Source: Styela clava (lineage: Eukaryota). Taken from it: a stretch of 64,000 nucleotides of DNA. Below the pieces are notes generated by a model. It ran no database searches and was not told where the DNA came from. It saw only the letters and a list, made by a program, of their open reading frames with translations. The stretch covers positions 12,152,001-12,216,000 of the forward strand of contig NC_135262.1 of the NCBI RefSeq assembly GCF_964204865.1. Reading direction: 5' to 3'. Position numbers and translations under genes: made by a program. Numbering within the stretch: position 1 is the first letter of the stretch; each line of letters opens with the position of its first letter. Shown here piece by piece: positions 39,085 through 52,773 of the stretch.

Positions 39085-39560
39085 CAGTTTTTTTGTAAAA
39101 CATTTTTAACAAATTAAATAATACAAAATTCAATTTGTTACTGGGGTATATTCTAATGTCAGTTTGTTGTAGCAAGGTTGGGAAAACCCTCCTTAATGGA
39201 TGCGCACGCAGATGGCTATGAAGAGGTCAATATGCTAGTTTTTTGTAATAAATTAAACAATTTGTTACTAGGGTATGTTCTAATGTCAGTTTGTTGAAGC
39301 AAGGCAGAGAAAAATATCCTTTTAAATGGATCACAAGCCTAGACTGTCCGGGGAATCCCCAAAGGCTGCTGGTTTGAAGATCAATCAGTTTTTTACCAAA
39401 GCATTAAACAATACAAACATCAATTTTGGTGGTTACTGGGGGATGTTGAAATGTCAATTTGTTGAATCGAGGCTATGAAAAACTAACAATGGAATATCCT
39501 TTGACATAGATGCCCATCAGATAGCTACACTAGCCAAGACTGTTCCCCAAAAGCTACTGC
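39085..39560. repeat. Three degenerate tandem copies between convergent MRPL27 and NUTF2 3' ends
   Basis: GTTACT(G/A)GGG...AATGTCA(G/A)TTTGTTG at ~39137, ~39264 and ~39432. Confidence 0.7.
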
Positions 39561-39868
39561 AATTATAAAATAAACAACATTAATTAATGTAAAATCACTA
39601 CAATCCATATATTTTTTTTTTCTTGTTAACCAATAAAGACAATTGAATTACAAAAACAAATTTTATGTTGCAAGTATCAAAGAAATTTGTACATAATTAT
39701 CGTGGAGAATCGAAAATTCATTGAATCCACTAAATTCCTAATGAAAGTTTGTGATCAAATAAAGTTCAATCAGCATTTTATGTGACGTTTTCATGCATGA
39801 CTTTGAGCCTCAATGATGAAGATACTAAATCGACTTTTAGTAAAATATTACTCTCATGAATATTCTTT

Positions 39869-42800
39869 CTATTGATTGTGCAGAACAAGTCTAAACGTTT
39901 CATTTGAGATCATATAACTGTCGTTAACAGCACGAAGGAAAAAAGTTTGAATGAAATCTTTTGGAGGGTCATCATCAGTCTGAAATATGAAAATATTTTT
40001 TATCATTTAGTTTTCTAGGTGACTGACTGAAAAAAAAACACCCTGGCATTTTGCATTGACGTAAAGTTATTAAGACTACAACTAAACAAGAATGTTTTTA
40101 TTTATTGTTTGTTAGGAAGCTTGTCAACGTAAAAGTCTGAAATTCCAGTGTTTGAAAATACAAATATGACTCCAATATCAAAAGTACACAGAAAATGGGA
40201 TTAGTAATATTTCTTCCTGTAACGGTAAAAGGCATACCTGCAGTCTTCCCATCACTGTCACCACAACCGCCCGTCCCGCATCAACACCATATACAAACTG
40301 GGAGTCGCATGTCGTTACAGAATGTTGTACACATTTGAATGGGAGGCTCTGTAAGAAAGGTGTTTTGGTAGTCAGAAATTCCATAAATTAGTTGAAAATT
40401 TGGTAAAATTTATATCTTGCCTAATTGAAATGTTGAACTGCAGAAAGTGTAGGACATATCTTGAAGTTTTTAAAATCGCATGAGAAGGTACAATTACGGC
40501 TCAAAATAATTGTTTTTTCTTCAGCGGAATAATTGATGATTTTCTGCCTAATTTTCTTCAGTTTTGTAACATAAGCTCTCGTGCTATTTATGTTACCTTA
40601 ATAAAATGTATTTGTTCAACCAAAGTATGTGTTAAGTTTTACCTCTGATATCTGTGCTTAATACAAATATTGCACTGTGCACTATTGGCAACACTGAGCT
40701 AAACAGAGCTGATGGGAATTTGCCTTGTGTTGTCACTCCGTGACAATTTTTCAACTTTATTTTAATATCTGATATATTTCAATAACTATTCGCCTCAAAA
40801 ACTGAGACGTCACTTTGGGGGTAGGGCCCAATAATTTACCAATTTGGCAGTTGATAGTTGCTTTTTGTTCTTTCACAGCACTTCAAGAGATCTCTCGTCA
40901 CTCCGTGACGTCACGGAGTGACATAAGTATGCCATTTTTTGAAAATATTATTTTTCTGTACGCGAAGTACTATAATATTGGGTTTAAACTGCAAATTCTT
41001 CCGCTCTGCCCTCTACTTACTTTGGATCTTACCCACAATGAAACTTGAATGGCAATGGCAACTTTTTTAAAACTATCGATGACCAAAATATTTGACCTAA
41101 CATGTACCGGGTTTGAACAATATGAACAAACATATTGTAGACTACAATTGAAAAAATATGTAATCTGTTGAAATGGCAGAATAAATATGGCAAAATGCAT
41201 TGTTTTGCAATATAATTAGACATTTTTGTAAAAGGAGTAAGTGAATTCAAAAAATTCACAAACAATATTATTAAATCTCAAGTTTTAACATCGACATCTG
41301 GATTTTGGTTTATATTCATTTATCGGGTTGACTCATAGGATGGTAAAAATATCGTGAAATGTAAAAGAAATATGATGTGTTTGTCAAAAATTGAAGATAC
41401 TTCCAATTAGAAAACGCCAGTGCATCACTCATTGTCACCAATAATTATTTTTTCGTGCCAACTATATCATAAAACTGGAAAAAGCAAAAATGATGCAATA
41501 ATGAGTGTACGGAGGGACATATTTATCACTGTCTTCTTGTTCTGAATATGCAGACTAAAAATACTGTGTTTGGCGCCTACCGCTTCTATGTATGCTTTGC
41601 AAGCAGATACAAGTACTACCTAACAAGAGAGACTTCAACGCAAAAGAAAATGCTTTTCTATGGTTAATAAATTACATATCCAAATAACAAAAATCGTGTT
41701 GTCCACGTTCATGTTGTCTGTGCAACATAGCTTTTTTACTTAACTATATAGATTATTAAAGTTAGTGCACTCGTTTAGCATATTCATATGAGGGATACAC
41801 AAGCAGAACGACAAAATAATATCATGTTTCCCAATTTTTTGTTTAAATGTTTTGTGATTTCAAACAAATACCCAATCTTGATCTAATATAACTAATTGTT
41901 CAACATTCTTAATACCATTTCAATGATAAGGAATTTTTGTCACTCCGTTAGTTCACGGAGTGACATGCTACTAGTTGGGCCATATAATTACGCTGCTTCC
42001 TGAAAAATGTTTGTTGTACAATAAATTTTGCATAAATGTAGAGATTAATATCTCTAGAATACAGAGACTATAGATTATTAAAGTTAGTGCACTTGTGTTC
42101 AACATTCTTAATACCATTTCAATGATAAGGAATTTTTGTCACTCCGTTAGTTCACGGAGTGACATGCTACTAGTTGGGCCATATAATTACGCTGCTTCCT
42201 GAAAAATGTTTGTTGTACAATAAATTTTGCATAAATGTAGAGATTAATATCTCTAGAATACAGAGACTATAGATTATTAAAGTTAGTGCACTTGTGTTCA
42301 ACATTCTCAATACCATTTCAATGATAAGGAATTTTTGTCACTCCGTTAGTTCACGGAGTGACATGCTACTAGTTGGGCCATATAATTACGCTGCTTCCTG
42401 AAAAATGTTTGTTGTACAATAAATTTTGCATAAATGTAGAGATTAATATCTCTAGAATACAGAGACAAGTTATTATAATTAATATGTCATGAAGCTTTTG
42501 ACGAAATTTGGTTGATATATCGCAGTCATTTTATGCATTCAACTTTTTGTCACTCCGTGACATCACTTGTTTTGTCTCGTCGTTTGAAAAATATTTGGTT
42601 GAAAGTGAATTATGGTAAATACATCAGTGTTACTGCTACCAATTGGCATTCTAAAAATAGCAAACCACCAAGACCTTGATATAGTAAAATTGAATAAATG
42701 TGTGACTCCGTGACATTTATGGAATTGCTGTGGTTATGTTGTAAAGTTTCATTGCAACCCATCAACTGAGGCAAGTTATTATGACAATATAGGGGTGGTG

Positions 42801-44475
42801 CTAATCACTAAGATTTTCCGATTCATTCTGGTGAAGAGGAAAGCCTAAACATATGGCGAACCATTGCCTCGGTGGTGGGGAAAGCTGTAACCAACCAGTG
42901 GTTATATAAGCTACAGTATGATAGAAAGAAGTTCAGCAATCTTCTCGCACATATTTATTCCTCACAAGATTCAAAATCGCGTAGAGTAATCAGAAGTAAG
43001 GGTTTCTGCTTATCACAATGCCCCAACCAATGAGCTGGTTTCAATACATAGATAATATTTTTAATAATTTGATGGGATGATAGATACCTAAGAATATTCA
43101 TACAGTCATATGTATTTCGAAACTCACTTCAAGTTTTTTCATAATATTTTGAGTCCCAAGTGTTGGCTGACCTTCAAATGTCATACAGCTGAAGTCACTC
43201 TGTAAATAAAATGGCGGTTGCAGTAATGTGACATACTTAAATCTGAAAACTGATTATCAGGATATCATGGCAACAGAATAATAAAATTGAAAAACCTGTT
43301 CAATTTGAAACTTGAACCATTACATCAATTCTTGAGTTGAAATTCTGTTAGGGCTACTGGGCTATGCGACTGAAATAAACCCTTCTTGCTCGAGTCGACA
43401 AATTATGACTTAGGGTCAGATATTCATATTTATTTCGAGCAAGAGAAAAGCCGATATGACAGATTATTCATAAAGCAAAGACTCTAGTCATGTTACCACG
43501 TTACTAGTCGGATATGGGATTAGTTAGTCAGTTATTTGTTTAGATAAATGTAAAATTTCAGATAACTGGATAAATAGACTTGATTGAATGAGCGAGGCAA
43601 AAACTCCAGCAATCCTCTCTAACATAATTATCAAACAGTACAGAACACTATCCAAATTCCAAGAATTTCCCTCCATTTGGCTCAATAAAACACACACTAT
43701 ATGTGTCTCACAAACGAGGGGCGTCTGGGACCACGTCAAATGCTTCATATTGCGCCATGCTTGTCTCAATAATAATCTAAATTAATCGCGGTTGTCACAT
43801 GACCCAAATTGCCGTTTTTTGCTAAAAACTCTCGAATGCTACGGTTAAATTTTTTTTCCTTCGTAAATCGGATTATTTTTTCCCAAGAAATTCAATGAAG
43901 ACGTTACTAAATTGCGCTTTTTTATAGTATTTTGCGCAACTTTATTATACTGTATTATTACCGATATGTCAAACACACACAGGGTAATGAAGGATGGCAA
44001 GCATTTTCCTAATGTTTCGCAGGGTGTGCCAAAAATAACACTACAAATCGCCATCTACAGTTAAGTGTGGATAATATCATTTCTGCTTATTCTTCAAGCA
44101 TATATTGGCATACTGATAAATATGTTTGATTCAAAGGGTGAAATGAGGTTTAGAATCCCCAGCTCGGAAACTGATGCTTTAATGACTACCGGAACTGTAC
44201 TGACGTTAAAATAAATAGGTCGACACTAGTTTTTTTACAGGTAAAAAAAGCTCACCACAGACACAGTGAATAGAATCACTGAATCAGTAGACTACTTGGT
44301 CTACTTGGCTTGGACTCGTAAACCATTTTAAATTCAATGTTATAGTATAAGTATTAGATTGTCCTTATTATTATTTTCAACTTACATATAAAGGCGAAAG
44401 ATTTGGCCTATTGGCACTAAATGTTGAATAATAATGTTGAGCAAAAGCCCTCCCAATATGATCTGCATTGTCCAT
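39869..44475 (-). CDS. NUTF2: Nuclear transport factor 2 (127 aa)
   Basis: Exons 44475-44386 (MDNADHIGRAFAQHYYSTFSANRPNLSPLY), 43199-43128 (SDFSCMTFEGQPTLGTQNIMKKLE), 40348-40238 (SLPFKCVQHSVTTCDSQ..VMGRLQ), 39979-39869 (TDDDPPKDFIQTFFL..NETFRLVLHNQ). All introns are phase 0 GT-AG. Confidence 0.92.
40373..42730. mobile_element. Sola-like non-autonomous element in NUTF2 intron
   Basis: TIRs CAGAAATTCCATAAAT / ATTTATGGAATTGCTG; flanks TAGT / TGGT; repeated GTCACTCCGTGAC motif. Confidence 0.6.
41897..42466. repeat. 199-bp tandem repeat, ~2.9 near-identical copies
   Basis: AGAGAC anchor at 42063, 42262 and 42461. Confidence 0.9.
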
Positions 44476-45744
44476 CTCGGCAGTCTGTATCAAGCAGAAG
44501 AGCAAAGTTCCTTTCACCAAACTAACACAACTGCACAAATATTCAGTTATTGTTGTTATTAATTATATAATAAACTAAACACAAGCATATAGATTTAATG
44601 ATCAGTTTCAGAATCAACAGTCTGAATGCTGGAATGTCAATGTTAAATAATCATTAAATGAACAACACATGAAGAGGCTGACGGACAACTCGACTACACG
44701 GACAACTCGACTACCTAGAGGCCTGGTGAGTTGTCCGTCTTTTGGCATTTTCTACGGTGGTGATTTAGGTCTATAGAAATGCGTTTTTGATATTTTTAGT
44801 GCTCAAATGTTGAGAAAAATACATAAATATGCTCTAGAAAGCATTTTTATTTGTATAAGTGGCTTATTTTGATCATGTTGTATGAATACAAATACAGTCT
44901 ACAGACGAAATTGGAGTAACGTTAGCGGAGTTAGACTGTTGACTTATAGGACTGTGTTCGTTTAATTTTTTGAACTTTATTGGTATTAAATGTTTTGAAG
45001 GAGCACCTTCAAATATATTAAAACTTTTAGACTTCACAGTAACACTTAAATATTAATGAATGTGAGCTCAGTACTCTATGGTTGCAGTAGTCTAAACTCG
45101 CCTACGGCAGTCGCCCGACAGGCCGTCAACTCACCAGTCGAGCAAACGCTCTGCGACGTGACGCCATCGATGCTCGAGGTGAAGACAACTCGACTACCGA
45201 GCAACGAGAGGCAGACAACTCACCAGTCGAGCAATCGCTCTGCGATATCGATGCTCGAGGAGAAGACATTGCTTTTTCAAAACGCAGACTCAAGAGTTGC
45301 ATAGCATTTACTTAGTGCCGACTGATATTAGTTGTAAGCCAACTCACCACCTGAGTAGTCTACCAGCCGACGGCTAGGTTCCATCTGCTGGGATATAACA
45401 ACCGGGTTGGAGTCATAATGGGTGTCGTGGGCCTGGTAGCAGTCCAGGCACTTCGACTCAAACGTGACGTCCTGTTTTTTTAATAGCATGTACTGTCATT
45501 GTACATCCCTTGTCATTGCCTGTCCCCTGAATTGTTAAACAATTTGCGATGAAACCAATTTCGACACACGTCACAGATGAGTCCCTCCTGCTTCATGGAA
45601 ACGTTGTCGTCACATCTTTTGCACATATTTGGAGTCATCTTGAACTCTTGCGTAGTTTTTGTGGAGTTAATATACCGTTAGTCGTTCTCGTTTCAGTATA
45701 AAACTGTAATGAAAACGACTTCGGCTAATGAGTATTTACGTTTG

Positions 45745-45830
45745 TAAGGTGTCAGGCCGGCGATAATGAGGCTTTGAACTCGGCGCGTAATCTAGGCGCG
45801 CGGCTTCATTATCACCGATCTGGCACCTTA
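45745..45830. mobile_element. 86-bp hairpin mini-element
   Basis: TAAGGTGTCAGGCCGGCGATAATGA / TCATTATCACCGATCTGGCACCTTA inverted arms. Confidence 0.6.
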
Positions 45831-46186
45831 TCTAATCTCCGTGCATGGATATCACTTCACTCAGGCCATCATGAAGAATGTGCGTCACAATAATTTGGCT
45901 CGCCTATACAACAAGTGAGTGGTTAACCATATTTATATATGTCTTTGTACATCTTTCACTTCTTTTGTATTAACATGTTTTTATTTTGTTTTAGGGACGC
46001 TGGAACAAGAGACCTGATCAAGCATGTCATGGCGCTGTGCTATATACCACCTATGTTTATTACGTCCAGATTCAAATCACTGAAAGAAAAGATGCAAACT
46101 CAAGAACTTTGCCGAATATTTTCAAAACACGAGCTATACAACAGTGTCTGGACTCCCAATGATTGGTCAGTATTCGACGTAGAAAT

Positions 46187-47394
46187 TAGAGATGTTACGA
46201 TGTATCGGTATCGGATATCGGTATCGGCAATATCGGCCATTTTTTCGGTATCGGTCATGTATCGATATCGGTTGGATTAAGGCCGATATTTCCGATATAT
46301 TTACCTTTTCGATATGGTCTAGAATGTTTTCAAAGATAAGTTGGAATACTACTTTTTAATTTATTTTTTGTCTCAAGAGATCGTGAGCTATGACATACAT
46401 GTCCCCACCCCGCGAGAGAATAGGATTCACGTGTTTTTAGCTATTTATCAGCCAAACTAGCTCAACTAATGTGACTATTTTCGCTGTCAAATTTTTATAT
46501 TGACATTTTTAATATTACATAGTAATTATGAAGAAATATATCAACACAATTAGGCGCTCAGTTTTAAGCATACAGTGGAATTGGGGTCCTTATTAACGGC
46601 ACATGGACTTTCGGCACGGGTATAAATTCTGACTGTTTGTCGTCAAGTACGAGTGTCATTTAGTGCGTCGACATCGATAAACTAAATTCCGACACAATTA
46701 TCCCTCTACGCAGGTATTAATTTTAATTTTGTTTAACTACACAATTTCTTCATAGATATATTGACATGACCGCCTAGCTAGCCCCAGCTAGACTGTCTCA
46801 AAATATATGATAGCAATTGTAAAATATTATAAAATAGTGAAGCAAATAAACATCCTTGACGGTTATAGGTAGGCCTTTTTTGGTCGGGGCTGATTGATAT
46901 TCTTTCATGTTGGCTTTGACTTATGGCGTCGACGATTACGATTAGCCACGAAATAAAATATTTGTAAAATGCTTTTAATTTGAACGTAGGCGGCGGCGGT
47001 GGGTGATATTCGATATTTTTTTAAACACGAATAACGATATTCTAAGGTCGCGATATTGACATTAAATTCAAATTGGATATCCCGGCTTGTGAGTTTTCTA
47101 ATTGAACACCAAGAATACTAAAGCATATGGATACCGAACATTAATTTCATATTATGTGATACATCTTTTTATTCGATCTGAAATAATGTGAACTATGAAC
47201 AACGCTCTAAGACCATTGTTTTAACCCGTCTGTCTTACACAGCACACCTAATCAAGTATTAATTACATAGTATCGGTATCGGAATATCGGTAATATCGGA
47301 CTTTTTGTAGTATCGGCGTATCGGTATCGGCGTTTTTGACTGGTATCGGATCGGTATCGGTATCGGCGACAAAAGTGGTATCGGTACATCTCTA
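46187..47394. mobile_element. hAT (Ac-like) non-autonomous element
   Basis: TAGAGATGT / ACATCTCTA termini; perfect 8-bp TSD GTAGAAAT; ATCGGT subterminal arrays. Confidence 0.9.
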
Positions 47395-48463
47395 GTAGAA
47401 ATAAGAACCAACAATCATCTGGAAGGTTGGCACCGCCATTCACCGAACTTCAGAGCCCGTGTTCGGGATTTTTTTGGATCGAGGTCGTTTCTTCGATTCG
47501 GACTTTTGCCACCGGATGAAGTCGACCCGATCGTTTCAACAGTTCATTCGATGACATCAACGATTTGCGTTGATTAATTGGAGTGAATGTCAAATATCTT
47601 TTTAGTAGCCTACGTTTATTAACCTTTCTTCTCTTGATTTTTCAATATATTTATTAGGAGCAATAAAAATGACTGAACTCCGTTGCCAGACGGTAATTGT
47701 CTGCTCCAACAAGTGCACGTTCTACATCTTTATATTGAGCTTTTGTGTGAGCAATTAGACACATGATAAAATGACCATTGTTGGTATATATACAATACAT
47801 GGTGCCGATTTAGTATGTCTGTATGTGATATACCTACATGGTTCTACTTGAACTTCCAAGTGTTACATCATTGCTGACTTATTTCTAATTGGTTACGGTT
47901 AAGTGTTAAAGTAATAAATGAGGAAATCGAAGCTCGGGGAAATCCAATTGTTAAGTAGCTAGGCAATAGTCGCACGCTAAATATCGCATTTCATATAATT
48001 TTAATAATATAGCCTACACTGGACTTGAAAAGTCAAACGTGCTAGAAAAAAGCCAAAACGTTCAATTGGGCAATAAAAAGCCAATATGACAACCCTGAGC
48101 TGGAGAGCTATTAAATACGGATGTTTTCCAGAACTTTGACCCCTGAAAAACAACTTTTCTGACGTCTCAATCGCTTTGCCGGGACCGAAAAGACGATGTT
48201 GCGTTGGTTTATTAAGCAATTTCTCTTAGCCGTCATATTGTGGTTTGATAAGTGCGATAGTCTATTATTTGTCTGAGCGACCGACGCCTTGACGCCAAAT
48301 GATCAAACTTTTCGCTTTGCCGGTTTCGATTCGTCCCAGAAGGGCTACGTTGAATCTCACAAGCGTCAGAAACATAAAAGTCGACAGTGGTGCATGATTG
48401 CCACCAGGTAAACTCATGTTGATAATAAATGGAGCACAACCGGTGTTAGCAAAACGATGTAAT

Positions 48464-48508
48464 TTGCCGACGTTTCAAATTTCTATACAGAAAAACTTCA
48501 TCAGGCCA
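48464..48508 (-). ncRNA. Minimal type I hammerhead ribozyme-like motif of a Penelope-like remnant
   Basis: Minus strand UGGC-CUGAUGA-AG(UUUUUCUGUAUAGAAAUUU)-GAAA-CGUC-GGCA. Upstream minus-strand KMIPNLN (~48785-48805) resembles the GIY-YIG C-terminal PxLN. Confidence 0.55.
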
Positions 48509-48975
48509 TAATATGGAAAGGACACAAGTGGATATATATAGAGCAAAAAAAAGAAAATAGGAAAAATATGAAAAAATAATCATGGCGTCAACTCTAATCT
48601 AAAAGGATGATAATAAGATAATATATATAAATAAACAAATTAGCGCAAGTTCAAACAAACGAGGATTATTCAAACAATGATTTATACACAGGCGGGAAAA
48701 GTGTGGTTTCTTTGAAAAAAATATCACGTTATCGACTAGGTCCTATTTAGGAAAAGGGCTTATATCAAAATATTGTTTTTAAATTAAGGTTAGGTATCAT
48801 TTTAGGGAAAACATGGTGGCTGTTATTTTGGCAATATTGCCTTTGTAATTTTAATTCATAATATATGTTGTTTGGCTGATATTGCGGTATTCAAACATAT
48901 ATTTACTGTGCTAGTTTCGTTTTTACCTGTGTTCATTGATTTGTTTATGTTTTTATATTATCTGGTGTAATAAAC

Positions 48976-51900
48976 CAATGACATTAAACAACATGATGCG
49001 CAACTCCGACATTTTTGTCCGAAGATCGTATTCAATAGCACGCTCCAATGCACATACTTGACGAGACGAAAACGAGCGGACGTGTGCTGCTTTCGAGGCG
49101 TAGCACGAATGGTGTTCGTGCCTGCTTTGACAGTTGTTGTCGATTTTAATGATATTTTTGAAAGTTGGGGTAAAATAAAATCGGTAAAAGGTAAGGTGAA
49201 TACTATTGTTGTATATCACACCCGGGCATCGCACTGTTAGGTACATGTGGGAAAGCCAGCCTTTGTCAAATACTACGAAGTTATTAATTCAGTACGGTAC
49301 GTAGTTGCCCATTTGCCGAAATTACATATTTACTTACCCCTTATGGTTTCAAATAGTTCATGCACCTCCAGTTAGATTTTTTTAATCAGTGAGGATATAT
49401 ACTCATTGTTGATTGCTGCTCATTGTAACATACTATTGCGCATTCACTTTTATTTGCGTATTGTATCAAAGTGTTAACAAGTTCACCTAACATTTCACTC
49501 ATACCGGTCTATATTGTATAGTCTGATTTCTCAAGTATTTGGAGCCACGAATGCTTGTAAATTTCTGACTAAACCCTTTTTATTAGTTGGTTTATATACC
49601 AAATTCAGTAAAATATTTTTTACTTAAAACATGAGATATTGGATTTATTAGCTTTTCCATTCTAAATCATATAGACTGCTTTATTTATTCTTAACGAAAA
49701 TTAATAAATCTCCTCTCTTTCTTCAGATGTGAAAGTTGTGGACAAACCTGTCTAAGCATTGTGAGACTCTTGCAGTACAAGAGACAATAGCAGAAATAGT
49801 AAGTATATCAATCAAGAAATTAAGCCGACATAAAGCAAAACTTTCAACTATTCGTCTAATCTCAATTTCCTATTATTTATTCACAGGACAACTATAGCAG
49901 ACGGGGAGATATCAGAAGTCTGGCGACATATCAGTGACAGTGTGATTCCAAGAAATATAATGTTTGCAATAGAAAAACAACCTATGGAGGCATGCAAAGA
50001 CATTTGACCCTCCGGTAGAGTTGTTTATGGCCCCCGCATCCTGCAGGGCTTGAGGGAAATAACTAAAAATTCCAAAGCGTAAGATTGCATAAGCGGTCTT
50101 ATTTGTAAAAAGGCACAAAACACGCCAGACATACTTAAAACAGCTTTGGAAATGAGGATTACGGGTACCTCACTGCACCTGTGTTATATTTGGTTCATCA
50201 ACTTTTGGTAGTACTATAGAAGAAATTCCGGAAGGGGTATAATCATCATTCATGATAAAATACTATCATATATTTTTTGAACAACTTCAATCTAGACCAG
50301 GGATCTCAAACTCGCGGCCCCAGAGAACTTCCAGTGCGGCTCTCGAACGCTTAACAATAATTGTAATAGTATTTTGGAAGTTTTTTTTTTATCTAAATGT
50401 AATAGATTTTTCAAACCTTCTAAAGTGAAATTGATTTTTCACACAGAAAACAATTTACTGAAAGTAGTTTTGGAATATTAATTTGTTTTGTCCACATTTT
50501 GACCCAATTAAGAATACACATCAAGCTAGCAAAAGAATACTTGAATAAAACACTTGAGTAATTAAATTAAACGCAAAGTACATGAAGAAAGTGGCATTTT
50601 CGAAGAAAATGGGAGTTGTAACATTTCTGCTCTTCACAAAATTCTGAAGCACATTGTTTAATTTGTCATATTCCCATCAATACAATCAAAAAACACAATA
50701 AGCTCAGCAGTCAATATGACAAATTCGAAGACCAACTTCGAACAGAAAATTTCCATGTGTTTGTATATTAATATAATTATACAACGACTTAGTTACTAAA
50801 AATCAATATCAATAATAATTCAAGCAATCCTATGCCACGCAATGTAGTGCAAATGTCTTGTCGAAAAAATCTGTCATTTGTTTTTTTACTGATCTATACA
50901 TGAAATGATAAAAGTAACTTTTTTGCATTACTGGAATTAATTAAACATTCGTAAAGATCCAGATAAACCCATGATCATGTGGCCTCGTTAGTTAGAGTTG
51001 GTACTATAAAATCATTTCGAACTGGCCTTAGTATGCTGGTGGCACAAAAAAGATGCCAAACGCCAGGACAAATGTAATTATTAAAACATTGAGTTTAAAC
51101 TGTAGTATTTTTGTTAATTTTAGGTTCATATATTTAGATTAAGTTATTTTTAGTGTATGTATTCTTCTTTCTTTATTCAAAGCTTGTTCAAAAATGATTT
51201 TGATGGTTGTACATAGAATTTTACGATTTTTTATAATAAATACTGTAACTTGCAAATGTTGCAATAATAGTGGAATGCAAATATTAATATGTAATTGCAT
51301 TTGAAATTGAAGAAAATAATAAAACTTAATCCAACTGTTTAGTTGCATCACAATATATGTCACAAACTAAAACTATCTTAAAAATATCTTTTAAGTATAC
51401 ATTATCAAAAACTGTTTGCGGCTCTTTTTACAATTTTCAAAATGCAATGCGGCTCTCGAAAACCCATGAGTTTGACACCACTGATCTATTCTAGACGATT
51501 CAAGCATTGCTTTGGGAAATTATATCACTTCAATTAAATTGAAATAATCTCGCTATATGAAATACAAAATCGTTGCTATCATAAAGGTAAACCAATTCAG
51601 CCACTCGAAATATATTGGCCTTCACAAAGCAATGGAGGCAAAATTGAGAGTTCATGAGCTATGAACATTTGTTCTTTTCTTTGTCTTGAACTTTTCATAC
51701 TCCATAGCCCCTATTAATTTTTTTAATTTTAATTACCATGTGATGGTCATACATATCTTTAACTTGTATTTTCTGTCATGATGTATTATCTCAATGTGCC
51801 AAACTATTAATTAGTGTGCATATTTTGCTTCCAGATGACATAAATGTATTGTCATGTTTATTACCTCAGCTTGGAGTATTGACAAGAAAAAGGTGCCAGT

Positions 51901-52773
51901 AAATTAGGTAAAAAAATTTTCAATTCATTGTTATAATCAGAATTCACAATCAATAGGAATTATAAACAGCCAACAATCAGTGAGAATTATATGCGAAATC
52001 CCGCAGAATAAATTTGTCTAAAATCGGAGGAAGGCAAAAAATATAGGTAGTTTCCATCCACACAAGCATTTCAAGAAGACTTGCTCGAGCCAAACTAAAT
52101 GAGCATCGTCAGGTGATCGGTAAGGCTGCAAGTTGAATTCAGCCCTGCAACCTCCTGCATAGAAGATAATATTAATTAGTGGGCTATGAGCTAAATTCCT
52201 AAATTTAAACAAACCTATCTACGATGCATTATGTACCAGCAATGTTACCTACGATTAACTGAATATATAATATGTCTAATAAATTCACCTACAAAAGCAA
52301 GTTCGATAGGTGCAAACTTTGTGTTATGGAATTGTATCGCAGCACAGTTTTGTATGACACCCTCTTTAAATGAAATTTCAATGATTAAGCGCAAACATTA
52401 AAATTACTAACTTTGAACTTTGTCATTATCGGCAAAATGTTCCACACAAATCTTTCCGCTATCGCGTTTGTAATCTTCTCTGATAAAAAAAAAACGTCTA
52501 TGATGTCCAGAATTGCTCTTTACAGCTTGCCTGTTATTCCAGCTTTCCAAGTAAGCAAAACTTCTTAGATATAGAGATTATTTTGTTTCGTTACAGGCGC
52601 AAAAAGGCAGGTACTACACGTAAAAAAGACGCCGAGTAGCAAAAGCGAGCGGAAAACGGACGCGAAAGGCGACGAGAAATATGTGCATTGGAGCGTATCA
52701 TGAAATATAATGTTTCGCCTGTAGTCTTATGGAGTGACGTCAGAGTTGCCTATCATGTTGTTTAATGTCATTG
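48976..52773 (-). mobile_element. P-superfamily element (decayed)
   Basis: TIRs CAATGACATTAAACAACATGAT / ATCATGTTGTTTAATGTCATTG; perfect 7-bp TSD AATAAAC; THAP-like remnant RDSGKICVEHFADND on the minus strand at ~52422-52466. Confidence 0.8.
50298..51483. mobile_element. hAT non-autonomous element nested in the P-like element
   Basis: CAGGGATCTCAAACTC / GAGTTTGACACCACTG; left flank ATCTAGAC, right flank ATCTATTCTAGAC. Confidence 0.75.

Larger units (their letters stand above)
44674..47450 (+). pseudogene. Decayed MULE transposon with transposase remnant
   Basis: ACAACTCGACTAC subterminal repeats; GYHFTQAI, MALCYIP and WSVFDVEI|RTNNHLEGWH motifs, the last split by a hAT insertion. Confidence 0.75.

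Noticed and set aside
52080-52120. Second hammerhead-like motif (CUGACGA, minus strand)
   Set aside because: The GAAA core is replaced by GAGC; too degenerate to call.
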